Of a stretch of 64,000 bases of DNA, positions 1 through 11,418 are shown piece by piece. This DNA comes from Callorhinchus milii. Its lineage: Eukaryota. The notes beneath the pieces are model-generated. The model was not told the DNA's origin, did no database searches, and was given only the letters and a program-made list of their open reading frames with translations. How positions within the stretch are numbered: position 1 is the first letter of the stretch; every line of letters starts with the position of its first letter. The stretch spans positions 39,744,001 through 39,808,000 of the forward strand of contig NW_024704742.1 of NCBI RefSeq assembly GCF_018977255.1. Reading direction: 5' to 3'. The translations under genes and the position numbers were made by a program.

Positions 1-208
1 CACAAAGTCGACAAAAGCTATTGGAACTCTATTTAATTGGATTTGGTTCCTGTCCATCCTTCTGACTGCTTCCTCCCTCTTTCTTTACATCAGTGACATA
101 CTCAAAGAAACTCCTTTATACAGCAATATTTTTAGCTTCATTATAGCCTCACCATCAAAGAGATCTAAGGACCATTATCTTTGTTCATTTATCTTCCATC
201 TATTATAA

Positions 209-270
209 TGGGACATCCTCCCGACGTGACAGGTGCTCTATAAATGTAATTTTGTTGTTGTGTTATTGTT
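209..270 (+). mobile_element. L2-clade LINE 3' terminal fragment
   Basis: gggacatcctcccgacgtgacaggtgctctataaatgtaatt + (ttg)n matches the 3' end of the L2 copy at 13860-13924. Confidence 0.8.
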
Positions 271-1074
271 TAACACAGCTGCAGCATGAGAAGCTAGATG
301 TGCCCCTTTGAATCATTTTTTGAGCAGCGATATCAATGGATCTTCATCACCAATGTCTTGAAACCAACCTAATCCTGTTTCTGTTTCTAACTCACAAACC
401 AATGCTACAATCTGCGAGTCGAAAATCCAATAAGTAGCATGGCCTGCTTCTGTGACACCCACTCTGAGTGAGTGTATGGTAGGTGGGAGGTCTGCCTCCC
501 ACACTCTCGCAGACCAGTCAGTGTGATAATTAATGTTTGGCTGCTTTTTTTTCAACCATGTCTTAATGGGAACCATAAATATTATTAACACATCACTATT
601 TTCACTCTTATTTGTGCAATTGGCTTAAGATACAAACCACATAAGAGCAACAGAAAAGCCAGACAGGTTTCACACGTCACCACTGAGATCTTAAATTTGT
701 CTACTAAAGAAGGGAATATGGTAATACAATACAGTATTTGCATTTGATATAACATAATTATCATATTGAAACGTTTCCAAGCACTTGAAGTAGAGTTACT
801 TTGCATGACTGTTGTCATTCAGGAAAATCCAGTAGCTACTTTATATTAAAAACATCGAACAAGTGCAATGACCAATTATTCTTTTTTGGTAATTTTAGAT
901 GAAGAAATTTTGATCATATCAAAACAATAAATAAATAATCCTTGATTAGGTATTTCGGGAGAATGAATCAAATCACTTCAGAGGATTGATGATAGAGTGG
1001 AGTGACTTGTGTTTTAGTGGGCAATGATAGAACATCCTGATCTTTTAAATAATAATAATTAATAATTAAAATGA

Positions 1075-1749
1075 TGGTAGAAGATCTTGAATCAGCAGAC
1101 CTCAGTTTAATACTTCATCCAAAAACATCACTGCCATAAAATGCCGATGTAACTTTTCCTCAATACTGCATTAGAGTGGTAATCTAGACTTTGTACTCAA
1201 AAGATGAAGTGGGTTTTGAACAACAACAACAACAAAATTACATTTATAGAGCGCCTTTCATGTCGGGAGGACATCCCAAAGCGCCGAAAAGTCAGGTGTC
1301 GGGGCCCGAGTATGAGGGAGGGGTGGTGTAGGGGTGAGGGAAGGCAGAGAGGTGGGAGGGAGACCAAAGGCACGGTCGAAGAGAAGGGTCTTGAAACCAG
1401 TCTTGAAGGAGGCAAGGGAGGAAGCGAGGCGAAGGGACCGTGAGATGGAGTTCCAGAGTGTGAGGGCAGAGAGGCTGAAAGCCCGGCCACCAATGGTAGC
1501 GCGGGTCGGGTGGGAGACATGGAGCAGGCCGGAGCTTGATGAACAGAGGGAGCAGTCAGATTGATAGGGAGTCAGCAGGTCAGAGAGGTAGGAGGGGGCA
1601 AGGCCATGGATGGCCTTAAAGGTGAGGACAAGGATCTTGAACTCGATCCTCTGGGGGATAGGGAGCCAGTGGAGTCGGGTGAGCATGGGAGTGATGGGGT
1701 CGCAGAGTCTGGTGTTGTTCTAGAGCCAAGAGTGCTATCAACTGAGCTA
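1075..1749 (-). mobile_element. Old Deu-domain SINE, interrupted by the L2 fragment at 1219-1714
   Basis: cagcagacctcagtttaatacttcatccaaaa (reverse Deu core) left of the L2; gagtgctatcaactgagcta (reverse A-box head) right of it. Confidence 0.6.
1219..1714 (-). mobile_element. L2-clade LINE 3' fragment (young)
   Basis: ORF 1258-1686 (LHWLPIPQRIEFKILVLTFKAIHGLAPSYLSDLL...GGRAFS...FKTGFKTLLF) is the L2 ORF2 C-terminus; (caa)n tail. Confidence 0.95.
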
Positions 1750-2769
1750 ATACAGCATTGTTCTTGATATCTAAAGCATGCCTCTTCTGAGGGCTACAAT
1801 TCCAGGTGGCATCAACTGGACTGACTGGTTTTGCACTATTAGAATGGAAGAATTCCCAGTTCAGGCCACTATTGACAGTGTTGTTACGTGGAACACTGAA
1901 TTCTAATCCTTAGGATATTCAATCTTCTCTCCCCCTCCCAACCCCCATCCAAAAAAAAGAGACTTGACAAATCTCTTTAATCGATGTCTTTTTAAAATGA
2001 TATATTTTACTGAAAAGGTTTACTTTTCAGTACAGCAGAAGCGCAAAATCAGTTACACATAACATCAACACAGATATATACTGAATATGCACATCAGCCA
2101 GTATCTTCACGGCCAGCCCTGGCTCCCAGTCATTTTTTGCGAAGCAGTTTGAGATATCAACTGGCTCAGCATCCTACCCAGGGAATTTTTGAAGCTTCAA
2201 TTTAAATTTGCTGGGCCTTGGTTGGAGATATGTTTGCAATGCTGAAGTAGTTTGAGACTTTATCTCCTCAAAGTGAACTCACGCTGCTTCTTTTAAATCA
2301 GGTCAGACCCACTTATGTTGTGTCATACTGAAGTTATACTGAAACATATCACTGCAAAGTTGTAATCAAGTTACAACTAATGTAAATACTCTTGTGCATT
2401 GTACAACGTGTACACTCCCCTCCCCATTTAAAAATACTTGGATTTGATATAAAGCCTTTCACGTCAGAATGATGTCTCAAAGCAATTTGAAGGATGTACT
2501 GTAAAATGTGTGACTGGGTATTTTGTGGGCAAACTTGGGGGTATCATGCTAGCCCACTACTAAAGAAGCTTGGGCAATATTAGTGCTGTCACTATCATCA
2601 GATTGCAATTTAATGTATGCTACACGACTGCTGATGGCACGAATATTGTCACAGCCTCAAGTGTTGTTCTTTATATTATGGCATTTAAGAGTGACTTTCA
2701 AATACCATATAGCTATGGATTAAATTTAGAAATAATATTCTTTGTCTTTGAAATACCACCTTATCACAT

Positions 2770-3060
2770 CGTCAATGCATTTCAAGTTCTTCACAGAAAT
2801 TACTGTAAAGCGTAATAACTATTTTGTAGGTGAACGCGGCAATCAATTTGTGAACAGCAATGTGCTACAAACAGCCTTTGAAGTGAACGACCAATTTTCA
2901 TCTAGGGGACTGTTTGCAAAGACACTGGAAAAAACTCCCTGCTCTTTTTGAATAGTACTATGGTATCTTTAACGTCCTCCAGAACAACCTCAATTTAATG
3001 TCCCATCAAAAGGACGGCACCTGACAATGCACTGTGCCCCCAGTAGGACATTGGACTGTA
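2770..3060 (-). mobile_element. Old Deu-domain SINE
   Basis: Reverse complement matches the copy at 47070-47405 (tail, ggtatctttaacgtcc, aatttaatgtcccatcaaaaggacggcacc). Confidence 0.65.
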
Positions 3061-3769
3061 GATTTGCTCCTTTCTTCACACATTAAACCTTTGCTGACAG
3101 ATTTTTCATTTTGACAAGTATTCTCAGTGGCCTTTCATGTCAGCTAAATCTTTTTCTTTGGCTTCCTGTTTGCTACAAAATCCCAGGGAGGAAATGGCCT
3201 TGTTATTCTTACTGCACTGCGTGATGCCATTTGCTCCCCGTTGGCTGCTGTAATTCCATTACTCTGAGGCAAGGCTGGCAGAAACCATGGAACTAACTTA
3301 TTTCAATTTTTTTTCCAGCAGCTGAAACCGTTTTTCTTGCCAGTGAACAAAACAAGACCTTCTACGGCACAACATACACAAAAAGTGCTCAATAGATTCC
3401 TGTGGTTGCAGACACACAAATAATAAAAAGCTCCCTCTAGAATTGTACAAGAAAGAAATAAAATGGGCTCCGCTAATGCATGAAGCAGCCCAGACAGTAT
3501 GAATGGGCTAAGAAATGGAGTGGAGCAATAAAATATATCAGAACAAAATGTATGTTTCTGTTCAATCAGGTGGGGTCATGCTGTCTGAAATTAACAAACA
3601 CAAGTATAATAGGATGAAGAATGGGATGTTTCATAATAGGTTCCATTCTTTAAGGAATGTGTACAGAAACTGCAACTTTCCAAATATTTCTAGCCACTGC
3701 GTAACCCAATCTCAATACAATATTTGGACCCAAAGACTTCTACAATCTTATTGTTTTTGGTGATCATAG

Positions 3770-3960
3770 GATGTAGAACATAGAAACATAGAAACAGGAG
3801 TAGACTTATCAGCCCCTCGAGCCTGTTCCGCCATTCTATAAGATCATGGCTGATCTGTACCTCAAGTCCAGTTACCCGCCCTTGCCCCAAATCCCTTAAT
3901 ACCCTGACCAAACAAACACCTATCTACCTTCATCTTGAAAATGTGAATAGATCCAGAGCA
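3770..3960 (-). mobile_element. CR1-clade LINE 3' end
   Basis: Reverse complement of the 3' end at 33200-33374 (aggagtagac..cagcccctcgagcctgttccgccatt..agatcatggctgatct). Confidence 0.85.
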
Positions 3961-4012
3961 TGGTATTTCAGTGCCTCAATGTGGAGGCGCATGACTGACT
4001 CACTTACTATAA

Positions 4013-4255
4013 AAATAATAATAATAATCCTTGCATTTGATTATAGCTCCTTATCATATTGTTGAGACGTCTCAAAGCACTTCACAGAATATATTGTAAA
4101 GTGGATTGACTCTGTATTTTTGTGTGCGGAACGAGGCAGCCAATTTGCACACAGCAGTGTCCCACAAACAGTTGTGGATTGAGTAACCCAATTTTTTTAA
4201 AGAATTATTACTCCCGGAAAGCGACTCACAACCGGGTTCCTACTTACTGCTAGTA
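4013..4255 (-). mobile_element. tRNA-derived SINE, 3' part (long variant)
   Basis: (taa)n-ccttgcatttgat tail, gcagccaatttgcacacagcagtgtcccacaaacag body, gggttcctacttactgctag segment shared with 8640-8660. Confidence 0.85.
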
Positions 4256-4395
4256 TACTGTGAAGCAGCAATGGAATACTGGCTCCTGGGTTGTGGGCAC
4301 CAAAAAGAAGCCAAGATGGTGGTGGTGATGCATACCAGCAGGCACATTTTTGTGATAGTCAATTGCCATGTCTTATATGGATTCTCTAACACCTT

Positions 4396-4405
4396 CCATA
4401 TAAGG
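4396..4405. promoter_or_regulatory. CArG box (SRF-type site), paired with an inverted near-CArG at 4371-4380
   Basis: CCATATAAGG fits CC(A/T)6GG; function not shown. Confidence 0.3.
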
Positions 4406-7109
4406 CAGAAAATTCCACTGAGTCTGTAATATTGTTTTGTCTTAAAATTTAAGATCATACAGAACTAAGGAAATTCCTCAATTCAGCCTTCATTTGTAAA
4501 CTGTTTTTTTGCAGTTCAAGTACTTTAAAACAAACTGGCTTCCAGGTGGTCCTATAGGTTGAGACTGTTTTTTCCTTACAGAGTAAAAGTGGTTGGAAAT
4601 ATGAAATTGAGCATGCTATGTCTAATTTAGTAGAGCATGAAAAATTGCAGTGATTCATGAAAAGCAGTGTAGTGGTACATCATGTTGGAGCATCAATGCA
4701 TTGAGTCACATACGAGTTGCTGGCATACTGTTCCGTATGCCCAGGTTTGCTTCTTTGCTGGTTTGAGTGGCAGCACTGTGGAGACACATTGAACAGATGC
4801 CAGGTGCTCACAGAGAGCACATGAAAGTAACCAAAATATTTCTTCCTAACAGCTGGGTTACAGAAACATTGTAGCAAATTTGATAGATCAGGGAAAGATA
4901 GCTGGGAGAAAAGGATGTTTTTTTTCCCTTATAAAAGAGGCTTAGGGGGCAGAATGATCAGAAAGCTCAATTTCATATTCGAATTGTTCCATGCAGGGTA
5001 TAGCATTTTCTTAGCTTCAGTAAGCTCAGTCGCAAGAACACCCTGACACATTCAATTCATTGCAAAGAAGGATTAAAGCTGATGTATCTGCTTTCATTTT
5101 GTGTGTGTGTGTGGGGGGGGTGGGGGCACAACTTGTATTCCTGTTACTCCTGTAGAAAGGGCGGTAGGTTAATGAGTTACATTATTTTATCGTAATGAGA
5201 TTTTCCATTGACAATTAAAAGCCTCTGGGGGTCTTTTTTGTGGTGTTCATACTATTGCCTACTTTGAGAACCGAGTATAATACTGTAAATTTCCTGATGA
5301 GAATCCAGTCGTCTCATGATTGTCTTTGACTAAACGGAAAAGATCACTAAAATCAGCCACCCAAACATTAGTGAAACCTGAAGGTTAATTACAACAGGGC
5401 ACAAAATAATTTGCTCTTTGTAATACTGGTTATCTCATTGCACAGCTGTTCCTTTCACTGTGCAGCATCCCATTAATCACACCTAAGTTTGCACCATATC
5501 ATATGATTCATCATTCGTTTTTTCTCCCCACAGCTACTTCCATCCTCTCTGATTCAGATAAACTACTAATTTAACATGGCAGCATCCAACCTTGAATATC
5601 ATATCAGCTCACATGGGATTTGAGGGTCAATGAAATATGCACAGAACCTGTTCTTTTAGAAAGTGAAGTGATATTTCATCAGACTCCTCGAGATATGGAA
5701 TATGTCAAGCATGGATCCTTCTGTTCATACCGGGAATGACAGGACAGGATGACAAATGAGGCCCTTCAATTTCAGAACTGCACACGCAGTTCCAGTGCTG
5801 AGAGTTGTAGTTGATTGACACATAGTTACAGGTCCTCGGATCAGGGGTACACATTACAGACTCCGTTTAAATCATAAGCCATTTATTCTGTTATAATATG
5901 CTTCGAATTATTTTTGTTGGAACAGTTTATCTTTGTTGCACAGGCTCACAACACATTCATCTGTAAGCTGGTGGAACTTCATCAGTGGTTATAATATAAA
6001 AACACAACACAATGAACATTTCCCATCTGCTATAGCTCTTAGGATAAGTACACTTGTATTTGTAATAGTTAACATAGATTTTAAAAACGGAATAATTTAC
6101 ATTTTATTTTGTTAGTTCATATGGTTAAGGAAATATGCAAGCCATAAATCCAAGCTGATTTAAATTTAGTCAATTGAGATGTGCAAGGAAAAAAAGCTTA
6201 GCTTGTTTCTATCTTGAATATGCAATTTTTCCCACTATAGAATTTGCCACAGTCAGAGCCAAATTGCAAATTTAATGCCAACTTGTGCTGAATTATAGAC
6301 AGCTTGGTTCCATGAAGGCACACCCAATACAATCAGCTTGAAATCACCCAGAATTAATTAGGGTGTTTTAGTCAATGTAGAAATAACGTTTTCAATCCAT
6401 CAATACAGTCTGGATTTAAACCAGGTACTGGAAGTGGAAGGGCAAAGTGTAAACTCTAGTTTATTAACAGGACAGGTTTTAAAGTAAGTGTTTTGAATAA
6501 GTTGATTTTTTTGTTGTTTGTGTTTTTTAAACTTTTATTTAATTTATGTTTTTTTTCACACAATAATCCAGAGACAATGCAGAAATAGTGCCTCTTTTCA
6601 TTATAGTTCAAGGTCCAGATGGCCAGAAATCAATTTCTGGAGAGGTTTTGCCTGTTCTCACCTCCTTCTTAAGGCTTTCTGATAGAGCAACATATTGGGG
6701 AGAAAAAGGCGATGTTTCCTAACAGATTCAATGTGACAATTATGAAATGTTATGAAATGTTGTCTTTCCCACTTCATTGCTTTATTTCCTATGTGGATTT
6801 GAGTTCTAAGTATCCCAATTTTATTTTGTCTATATGAACTATATCCATTATATAGGTCATATAATATATAATCCTTGCATTTGATATGACAATAATCATT
6901 TTTGCATTTGATATATTTTCACATGAGGAGGACATATCAAAGTGCTTCTTAAGATTTACTGTGAAGTTTAGTGACTTTGGAGACATGAGATCCACTTCCA
7001 CATTTATATATATGGCACCCAATTCTATCTCTCTGCCTCTACCCTCGATTCCAGGACAGTGATTGTTCTAACCAATTGCTTGTCAAACATTGCTGATGCA
7101 TTAATGATG

Positions 7110-7955
7110 AACTGGATGAGTTTTATCTTTATTTGGGTTAATTTCAGCAAGTCAGAGGCTCCCCTGTTTGGTTTCCGACAGTGCCGTCTCACCTCAGATG
7201 CTGACAACATCAACCTGTACTGGTTCTCATTCCATCTCATCAAAACAATATAAAATCTGAGGATCCTGGTTGACAACAGCAATTTATATAGCCCTCAGAA
7301 TGCTTAATCCCCAACTCTCTTTCAAACCCTATTCCAGGACTCTCACTCACTCAGTTTTCCCTCACCTCACCTCAACAACAACAGCAGCAACTCCATGGGC
7401 TGCTGTGACCCTCATGTTTTTATCAAGTGCAAGCTTGATTATTTCAATGTCCTGCTTGTTGGATTCACCAGCTTCTCCCTACATAAGCTGCAGACTATCC
7501 GGAACTTCTGTCCTCTCCCACACGAATCTTCACGAGCCTATCGCCCCCATCCTCATTTGGCTCCTCCTGCACCCATCCTCCGGTGGACTGAATCCTCTTC
7601 CTCAAGTTCAAAGGAAGTTGTCTATGTGAACTATATCATTATATAGATCATATAATATACAATCCTTCTTGGCCTCATTCCACTGTGACCTCTTGCAACC
7701 CTATCACTTTGGCCTACTTCATGTTCTCCAACCAACCATTGGTGAGTGAGCTTTCAGCCATTCTTCCCCAGCCCCACTCAATCCCGGGGTTCTTTCACCT
7801 CACACATTCTCCCCCCACCTTTAAGGCCTTTCTTAAGACCTTTACACCCCCTCCGCACCCTCCTCAGCTGCCCTTGTCACCTTGGGCTCTAAGTCAGTTG
7901 TGCGAAGTGCTTTGAGATGTCCTCCTAGTGTGAAAGCAGTAAATTGTTGTTGATT
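7110..7955 (+). mobile_element. Degenerate L2 LINE 3' fragment
   Basis: Remnants FIKCKLDYFNVLLVG..SLHKLQTIRN and PPTFKAFLKT; L2 tail gtgctttgagatgtcctcc..tgaaag..ttgttgttg. Confidence 0.85.
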
Positions 7956-8299
7956 TTATTGTAAACCTCTATCTTCTTTGATGATAGGCTGTTGAATAAC
8001 CATAGGTTTGACTATCATTTGACTAACTGATTCTATAATTTGATTATTATGTTTAGTCTTCTTCTATCTAACTTATACTCTTCTCAAAAGCATATTACAA
8101 TGCTTATTTTGACTGCTGCCAAAGCTTGATTTTCACACATTACATTCTTACAAGAAACATTTGATTTATATTACCAAAACGATTACGGGGAGGAACATAG
8201 GGTAAATGATACAATCTGGTCATAAGTACCACATAATGGAACATTCCACTCCTGGAAATATCCCACTTAGTAACTATAATAATAATAACTATAATATTA

Positions 8300-8423
8300 A
8301 GCCTCGTTTCACCCACAAATATACTGTCAATTCATTTTACAGTCTATTTTGTGAAGCACTTTGAGACATCTAGAAGACATGAAAAAGCGTTATATCAAAT
8401 GCAAGGATTATTATTATTATTAT
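8300..8423 (+). mobile_element. tRNA-derived SINE 3' tail
   Basis: cacaaatatactgtcaattcattttacag...tatatcaaatgcaagg(att)n. Confidence 0.85.
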
Positions 8424-8432
8424 AGAGCCTAA

Positions 8433-8772
8433 GCATGTCTTTAAGATGTCTCAAAGTGCTTCATAGAATAGACTGTAAAGTGAATTGACTGTATATTTTG
8501 TGTGTGAAACACGGCAGCCATTTGCGCACTGCAGTCTCCCACAATTAGTCGTGGGTTGAGTGACCAAATTATTTATTGATTTATTTAGCTTAAGGTATTA
8601 TTCCTTGAAATGTGATCCGCCAATTGATTAACAACTGGGTTCCTACTTACTGCTAGGTAAACAGAGGCGTAACAGAGTAAGGAAACTTGCCTAATGTTTC
8701 ACCCTGCTAGGAATCAAATCCAGGTCTTCTCACTTGCTAGGCAAGTGTTCTAACCACCAGGTATAGGACTCC
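8433..8772 (-). mobile_element. tRNA-derived SINE (long variant)
   Basis: Reverse head (aggaaacttgcctaatgtttcaccctg...gtgttctaaccac...taggactcc) plus body. Confidence 0.85.
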
Positions 8773-8924
8773 ACTGTGGAGAAACACCACAATTCCCCTC
8801 CTCCCCATCCCCACCCCACTTCACTGGAATAGTTTTCTCAAAAACATAGACTTATGAAAGTGGCCACCTGGCCACCACAGTTGTTAAGTTGTTATCACAT
8901 CACACACTACATTTTTCATTCCTG

Positions 8925-9134
8925 TTTTGCTCCCTCCCTTGTTTCCTTCAAAGCCCTTCTCAAGACCCTCCTCTTCAACTTTGGTCTTTGGTCATCCTCC
9001 TACCCTTCCTGTCCTCCACCCCTCCTGATCCCAACCCCCAGCTCGGGTCCAAATCCCTGACTGTCCAGCATCTTGAAATGTCCTTCCGACTTGAAAGGCG
9101 CTATACAAGTCTAATTTGTTGTTGTCATTGTTGT
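8925..9134 (+). mobile_element. L2 LINE 3' fragment
   Basis: APSLVSFKALLKTLLF; 3' UTR and gaaaggcgctatac..(ttg)n tail. Confidence 0.9.
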
Positions 9135-9253
9135 AGATTTAAAAATCCATTCATCCGTCCGTCACCCTCACACACACCACCCATCTTTTCACATGTTATT
9201 TTGCTCCAAATTTTGAAGATGGAATGAAATTAGTTACAATTGACTCTAACAAT

Positions 9254-9470
9254 GGGAGAAATTCCACCTGGGTCAAGAGATTACTCTATTTCCTTACATT
9301 TCAGAGTGTGCAGAATTTGGCAAACTCTTCAATACATTTTAAAAACAAAGTACAGAAAATTACAAGGCACAAAGTGCAGGCTCCAAAATTAAGAATGCAT
9401 TTAGAATTTGCCAAACTCTGCACATTCTGAAATGCTAAGAGTAACTTTAGACCCGGGTGGAATTTCTTCC
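9254..9470. mobile_element. Palindromic MITE-like element (~85-bp inverted arms)
   Basis: gggagaaattccacctgggtc..catttcagagtgtgcagaatttggcaaact vs aatttgccaaactctgcacattctgaaatg..gacccgggtggaatttcttcc. Confidence 0.8.
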
Positions 9471-10360
9471 TCTTGAGTTTTGCATGAAAGGCGCAATGAT
9501 TATGGCTGGCAATAGTCATAATTTTTGAGAACCTGCACTTTGTTAGTTTGGCAACCTCCAATGAAATTACAGTCCTAAACAGAATATTCATGACTGGAGT
9601 TGCACAAGATTTGTGAATGTTCAATCCTGTTGGTAATCAAACGTGTGTCAGATCAACCCGATAGAAACCCTTTCTGATAGGACCTGAATTATAGTCTCTG
9701 TGCTATAGAACAGTGTTCCCATGTGTAGCCATGACACAATTCCGTTTATCAGCAAGATTTATGATATGTGAATCTTGTGTGACTCCAGTTAGGCATGTTG
9801 TGTTCTTGACCCCATTGTTCCAAATACATTTCAGGCAATTTGTGTGTGAGAGGAATCTGAGCATGAAGTAGCAATCATTAACATACATTAGCATCTGATT
9901 TCCACATTTGGCAGAGATTTATATCTGTTTCCTGATTTGTGTAGCTTTTTGTAAATCTTCATGCATTAATGAAAAATTTATAAAAANTACTCAAATCTTG
10001 CCTAGGCACAAATTATTCATAATATCACCTTTCAGGATAAAATGAATAAATCATCTGTTTCACTGTAGAGACTTTCTGGTATCAGCAACATATAGCATTA
10101 AGTGTCTAACATTACAAATCACAATAATTCTTTTGTGACAGCTATTGCTACGAGCTGTAGCAGGTTTGGGGGATATAAGGGAAAAAGTACAAATATCCAG
10201 ACACTATTACATTGATAACACAACTTTTTATTTGACAATTATTGTTGGGATGATCACTCAAACTGGCACGATGACAGTTGTTGTAATCCAGTAGCTGCAG
10301 TCTGGGCTCGTGACTACATGCTTACACATCCAGGGTTTTGTTATCCATATGTAGAACTCT

Positions 10361-10452
10361 CAGCCTGGTTTTGGATACTTTTAAGCATAGTGATGGTTTC
10401 CATGTGCCCCAGACACCCAGCTGACCAACACAAAATCTAAAATCTTCTGCTA
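10361..10452 (+). repeat. Unclassified ~80-bp dispersed repeat (copy 1 of 4; others at 17391-17470, 33373-33440, 44249-44345)
   Basis: Shared tttggatactcttaagcat-gtgatgggtttc...cagacacccagctgacc. Confidence 0.75.
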
Positions 10453-10675
10453 CTAAGGAGTTTTGACACTGATGTTGATATATTTCCAATTATTCTACCT
10501 TGTTTGCTGAGAATCGTTTAAAATATCTCGATAATTATTGATGGTGGAGAAGCTACTCCACAGTCCCAATTATCTGGGTGACCCCATTTAGTTGTTTATT
10601 GTCCAGATAACTAAAAGTTAAAACAAGTTTAATTTTAGGTACTTCAGAAGACTTTCTTATTTGTTACAAAGAGTT

Positions 10676-10830
10676 ACATAGAATGATACAACACACAAAC
10701 TTGTCAGTTGTCCCAACTAGTCCTTGCTGGTGTTTATACTCCACAAGCTCCCATCCTTCCTATATCCCTCACCGATACCCTTCTATTCGCTTCTCCCTCA
10801 TGTATGCATCAAATTTGTTTATGGAGAATG
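10676..10830 (-). mobile_element. CR1-type 3' tail, older family
   Basis: catagaat...cccaactagtccttgctggtgtttatactccacaagct matches the tails at 34590-34680 and 53840-53890 in reverse. Confidence 0.65.
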
Positions 10831-10875
10831 ACCAGATACTTACTATAACTGTAAAATGTGTATAAATCTTAACCT

Positions 10876-10995
10876 AACAACAACACAACTTGCATTTATA
10901 TAGCACCCTTCACGTGGGGAGAGTCCTGGAGCGCTTGACAGTGGTGGAGTCTGATACCAAGCCGGGGGAGAGGGAGTGGGAAGGTGACCATAAAC
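10876..10995 (-). mobile_element. L2 LINE 3' tail
   Basis: aacaacaac..acttgcatttatatagcacccttcacgtgggga. Confidence 0.8.
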
Positions 10996-11418
10996 ACAAT
11001 CAAAAAGAAACGTTCATTTGCAGGAAGTTTTGCTCCTGTAAAAATATATACAGAGATTGCATTTTATTAAAATGCCCTTTGGAATGAACAAAAACACTCT
11101 TGTGTCACTAATCTGCAACAAATCACACTTGTAAAAACAAAGAACTATGGCCCACTGTTCTACACTGCTTGATTTTTATTGTAACAGCATGTACTAATTC
11201 ACTTGGCAGATACACAGATACACAGCTCTTGTACCTGCAATAATCCCTGTGTTTGGAAGAATAGAGAACGTCAGCAAGAGGAGATTTTTTCTTGATTTTC
11301 CATTGACTCCCTCAACAATTATGGCCACTAATGTGAAGGCCTACACCATAAGGGATGGAATGAGTTTAGGAATTGTAACCTCTATGTCATACATTTCATA
11401 CCACTTAATATATGTCCA

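Noticed and set aside
313..591. 92-aa minus ORF and an 8-bp hairpin at 483-502
   Set aside because: No recognisable domain or convincing splice sites; the hairpin is short enough to be chance.
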